Shown here piece by piece: positions 16,893 through 18,629 of a stretch of 18,629 nucleotides of DNA. This DNA comes from Elusimicrobiales bacterium (GTDB lineage: Bacteria; Elusimicrobiota; Elusimicrobia; Elusimicrobiales; UBA9959). Position numbers and translations under genes: made by a program. Below the pieces are notes generated by a model that was given only the letters and a program-made list of their open reading frames with translations, was not told the DNA's origin and searched no databases. How positions within the stretch are numbered: position 1 is the first letter of the stretch; each line of letters begins with the position of its first letter. The stretch is taken from contig JBMFKQ010000029.1 of NCBI GenBank assembly GCA_049972095.1, forward strand, positions 1-18,629, given 5' to 3'.

Positions 16893-16971
16893 GGGGTCGT
16901 GGTGTAGCCTGGCTTAACACGCCGCCCTGTCAAGGCGGAGATCGCGGGTTCAAATCCCGTCGACCCCGCCA
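16893..16971 (+). tRNA. tRNA-Asp (GTC)
   Basis: Acceptor stem GGGGTCG/CGACCCC, D stem GTGT/ACAC, anticodon stem CCGCC/GGCGG with loop CTGTCAA, T arm GCGGG-TTCAAAT-CCCGT, discriminator G and encoded CCA. A -10-like TATACT lies at 16878-16883. Confidence 0.98.
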
Positions 16972-16980
16972 GCCTTTAAT

Positions 16981-17122
16981 TTAAAAGTCCGCAGCAAGCT
17001 TAAACATACACAGCAGATGTGTAGAAGAAAAACAAGGGAGTAAGTGTTGAGTATATTATAGAAGACATGCGGAAAATCTCTTAGTTCTTAAAAACATAGC
17101 AAGTGCATTAAAATTAGATGTG
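16981..17122 (+). pseudogene. Possible decayed XRE/Cro-CI helix-turn-helix gene
   Basis: Three fragments in three frames: LKVRSKLKHTQ (from 16981), GVSVEYI (from 17037), LVLKNIASALKLDV (17081-17122). They occur in the order expected for an HTH_3 domain; no start codon. Confidence 0.35.
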
Positions 17123-17333
17123 TTATTTTGTTTTAATACATTTAACCGTGATTTTTTAAAGTATTCTCGCCAATACATCATAGTAGAAAGAGGAAAGGAT
17201 TTAATGATAAAGCGAAAAAACTTTTGATAGTATTATGGTGCAAGTTTATAAAAGGATAGTTATTAGAAATGGTGAGAGGAAAGATAAGTCCTTTTTTGTA
17301 AGAATTTATAACCCAACTGAGTAAGAGATTTAT

Positions 17334-17389
17334 TAAACAGAGTAGGATTGCGAATATGTAGAATGTATAGCTGGGATCTACTCTGTTTA
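17334..17389. repeat. Perfect 12-bp inverted repeat with a 32-nt spacer
   Basis: TAAACAGAGTAG (17334-17345) and CTACTCTGTTTA (17378-17389). Confidence 0.8.
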
Positions 17390-17500
17390 TGAGTGATTAC
17401 AGAAGAATAATTATAATCGCTAAAAATGAAATTAGAGAAGAGTGATGGAGTGCTATCTTGTCAATATTTTCCTTAGTCGTCTGCTATGACAATTATCATT

Positions 17501-17925
17501 TTAGGTGTAATCTTTCTGCGATAATAGCCACTGCCAGACAGGAATTATTTCAATATTAACTCCTTCTATTTTCATATTGCCTTGCTGATCAAAGCTTAGA
17601 ATCGTTCCTTTATGTGTTGATAGTTGATTACAGGCATTAACCAGACCTTTTATTTCTCTTTCTTCATTTTTGTTGGTAAGTTCATAGGTCAGCTGATATG
17701 GTTTAAAGTTGCCATTGAAATCCTTAACTATAAAGTCGCATTCTTTTTCTTCCTCAAAATAAAAAACATCTCCCTGTTTTTTTAATTCAAGAAAAACTAC
17801 ATTTTCTATACTCTTCCCAAATCATCAGAGCCAACCTTTCTACAAATTCCAACATCAACAAGATATATTTTTGCAGGGTTTCTAAGCCGTTTGTATGGGG
17901 ATTTGGAAAATTTTCTTACCTTGTA
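17501..17925 (-). pseudogene. C-terminal fragment of an AAA_14/DUF4143 ATP-binding protein; 5'-truncated and frameshifted
   Basis: Minus strand reads YKVRKFSKSPYKRLRNPAKIYLVDVGICRKVGSDDLGRV*, shifts frame near 17808, then ENVVFLELKKQGDVFYFEEEKECDFIVKD...YQLTYEL...REIKGL...IEIIPVWQWLLSQKDYT* (TAA 17503-17501). KIY..D.G, ENVV..EL, E.DFIV and IP.W.WLL are DUF4143 family motifs. Confidence 0.85.
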
Positions 17926-17943
17926 AGAACCCGGAAGAATATT

Positions 17944-17972
17944 TTGAGATTTGGTGGCTTATTTGTTATAGT
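17944..17972 (+). promoter_or_regulatory. sigma70-type promoter for sixA (leaderless geometry)
   Basis: TTGAGA (17944-17949), 17-bp spacer, TATAGT (17967-17972) with an extended TG at 17964-17965; ATG 17978 follows 5 nt later. Confidence 0.6.
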
Positions 17973-17977
17973 AAAAA

Positions 17978-18433
17978 ATGGTTATGTATCTTTATCTTGT
18001 TCAACATGCCGATGCAAAAACGGAAGAGCAAGATACTCAAAGAGGGCTTTCACAAAAAGGATTTGATGATATAAAAAAGGTTGCTGCCTTTCTAACTAAG
18101 CTAAATCTTGAGGTAGATGAAATTTTTCATAGTCCAAAGTTAAGAGCAAAGCAAACAGCTCAGGTGCTTTCAGAGGCTTTAGGGGTTCGAACTACTGAGG
18201 CAGATGGACTTACACCTCTTGATGATCCTCAGATTTGGTCAGCCAGGTTAAAAAATATTAATAAATCAATTATGCTTGTTGGTCATTTGCCTCATCTTAG
18301 CAATTTGGCTTCATTAATTTTGGTTGCAGACAGAGAAAAAACAATTATCTCATTTAAAATGGCAGGGGTTGTGTGCTTGAAAAAAGAGCAAAACTGGACG
18401 GTAAGCTGGATGATAACTCCGGAGGTTATTTAG
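17978..18433 (+). CDS. sixA: Phosphohistidine phosphatase SixA (histidine phosphatase superfamily)
   Basis: LYLVQHADA, RGLSQKG, HSPKLRAKQTA, MLVGHLPHL, WMITP; 151 aa. Alternative start at ATG 17984. Confidence 0.9.
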   Translation: MVMYLYLVQHADAKTEEQDTQRGLSQKGFDDIKKVAAFLTKLNLEVDEIFHSPKLRAKQTAQVLSEALGVRTTEADGLTPLDDPQIWSARLKNINKSIMLVGHLPHLSNLASLILVADREKTIISFKMAGVVCLKKEQNWTVSWMITPEVI

Positions 18434-18553
18434 TCTTTTATTTCCTAAAATAACTGGTTTAAAACAAGCAGATCTTACAGTGGCTGCATAATTTCATAAA
18501 CATACTAGACTTTTAGGTATAATAGAATTAGTGTATGTATCTGGAGGTTTGCT

Positions 18554-18629
18554 ATGAGATATTTTAACATTCCACATTATAAGGCTTTGGTAGAGTTAAA
18601 AAGGAGACTGGACAGGGTGAATGTAGAGG
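18554..18629 (+). CDS. 5' end of an unidentified gene, truncated by the window edge
   Basis: GGAGG at 18543-18547, ATG 18554, open to the end (MRYFNIPHYKALVELKRRLDRVNVE); TATAAT at 18518-18523. Too short to assign a product. Confidence 0.6.
   Translation, partial: MRYFNIPHYKALVELKRRLDRVNVE

Noticed and set aside
17332..17391. Integron attC site (AAC...GTT inverted ends)
   Set aside because: The ends do not fit RYYYAAC/GTTRRRY, there is no unpaired spacer between R and L boxes, and no cassette ORF or integrase is adjacent.

Overview
AT-rich bacterial chromosomal window. It opens with the 3' end of a probable DDE transposase (ISNCY/IS1202-like) and its likely right end, an 11-unit heptamer repeat, a sigma70-type promoter and a hairpin-forming leader. 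Next comes one tightly packed, co-oriented 14.3-kb gene run (564-14862). Histidine-degradation genes sit at both ends: glutamate formiminotransferase plus cyclodeaminase (apparently one FTCD gene split by a +1 frameshift) at the start, hutH and hutU at the end. Between them are (i) a long acyl-CoA dehydrogenase, EtfB and an EtfA with an N-terminal 2x[4Fe-4S] domain (electron-bifurcating type) and (ii) an orphan sensor kinase, a CHASE2 adenylate cyclase, a DUF3307 membrane protein, a macrodomain protein and a DEDDh exonuclease. A convergent mntP-ABC ATPase-ABC-2 permease operon and tRNA-Asp(GTC) follow, then about 1 kb of decayed accessory DNA (possible XRE-HTH remnant, a 12-bp inverted repeat, a frameshifted DUF4143 ATPase fragment), sixA, and the start of one more gene. 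The individual protein families are all known. The best novelty candidates are the split FTCD, the hut + Acd/Etf + signalling gene arrangement and the structured leader. All functional links proposed for these are inference. Assignments come from motif recognition by eye, not database searches.
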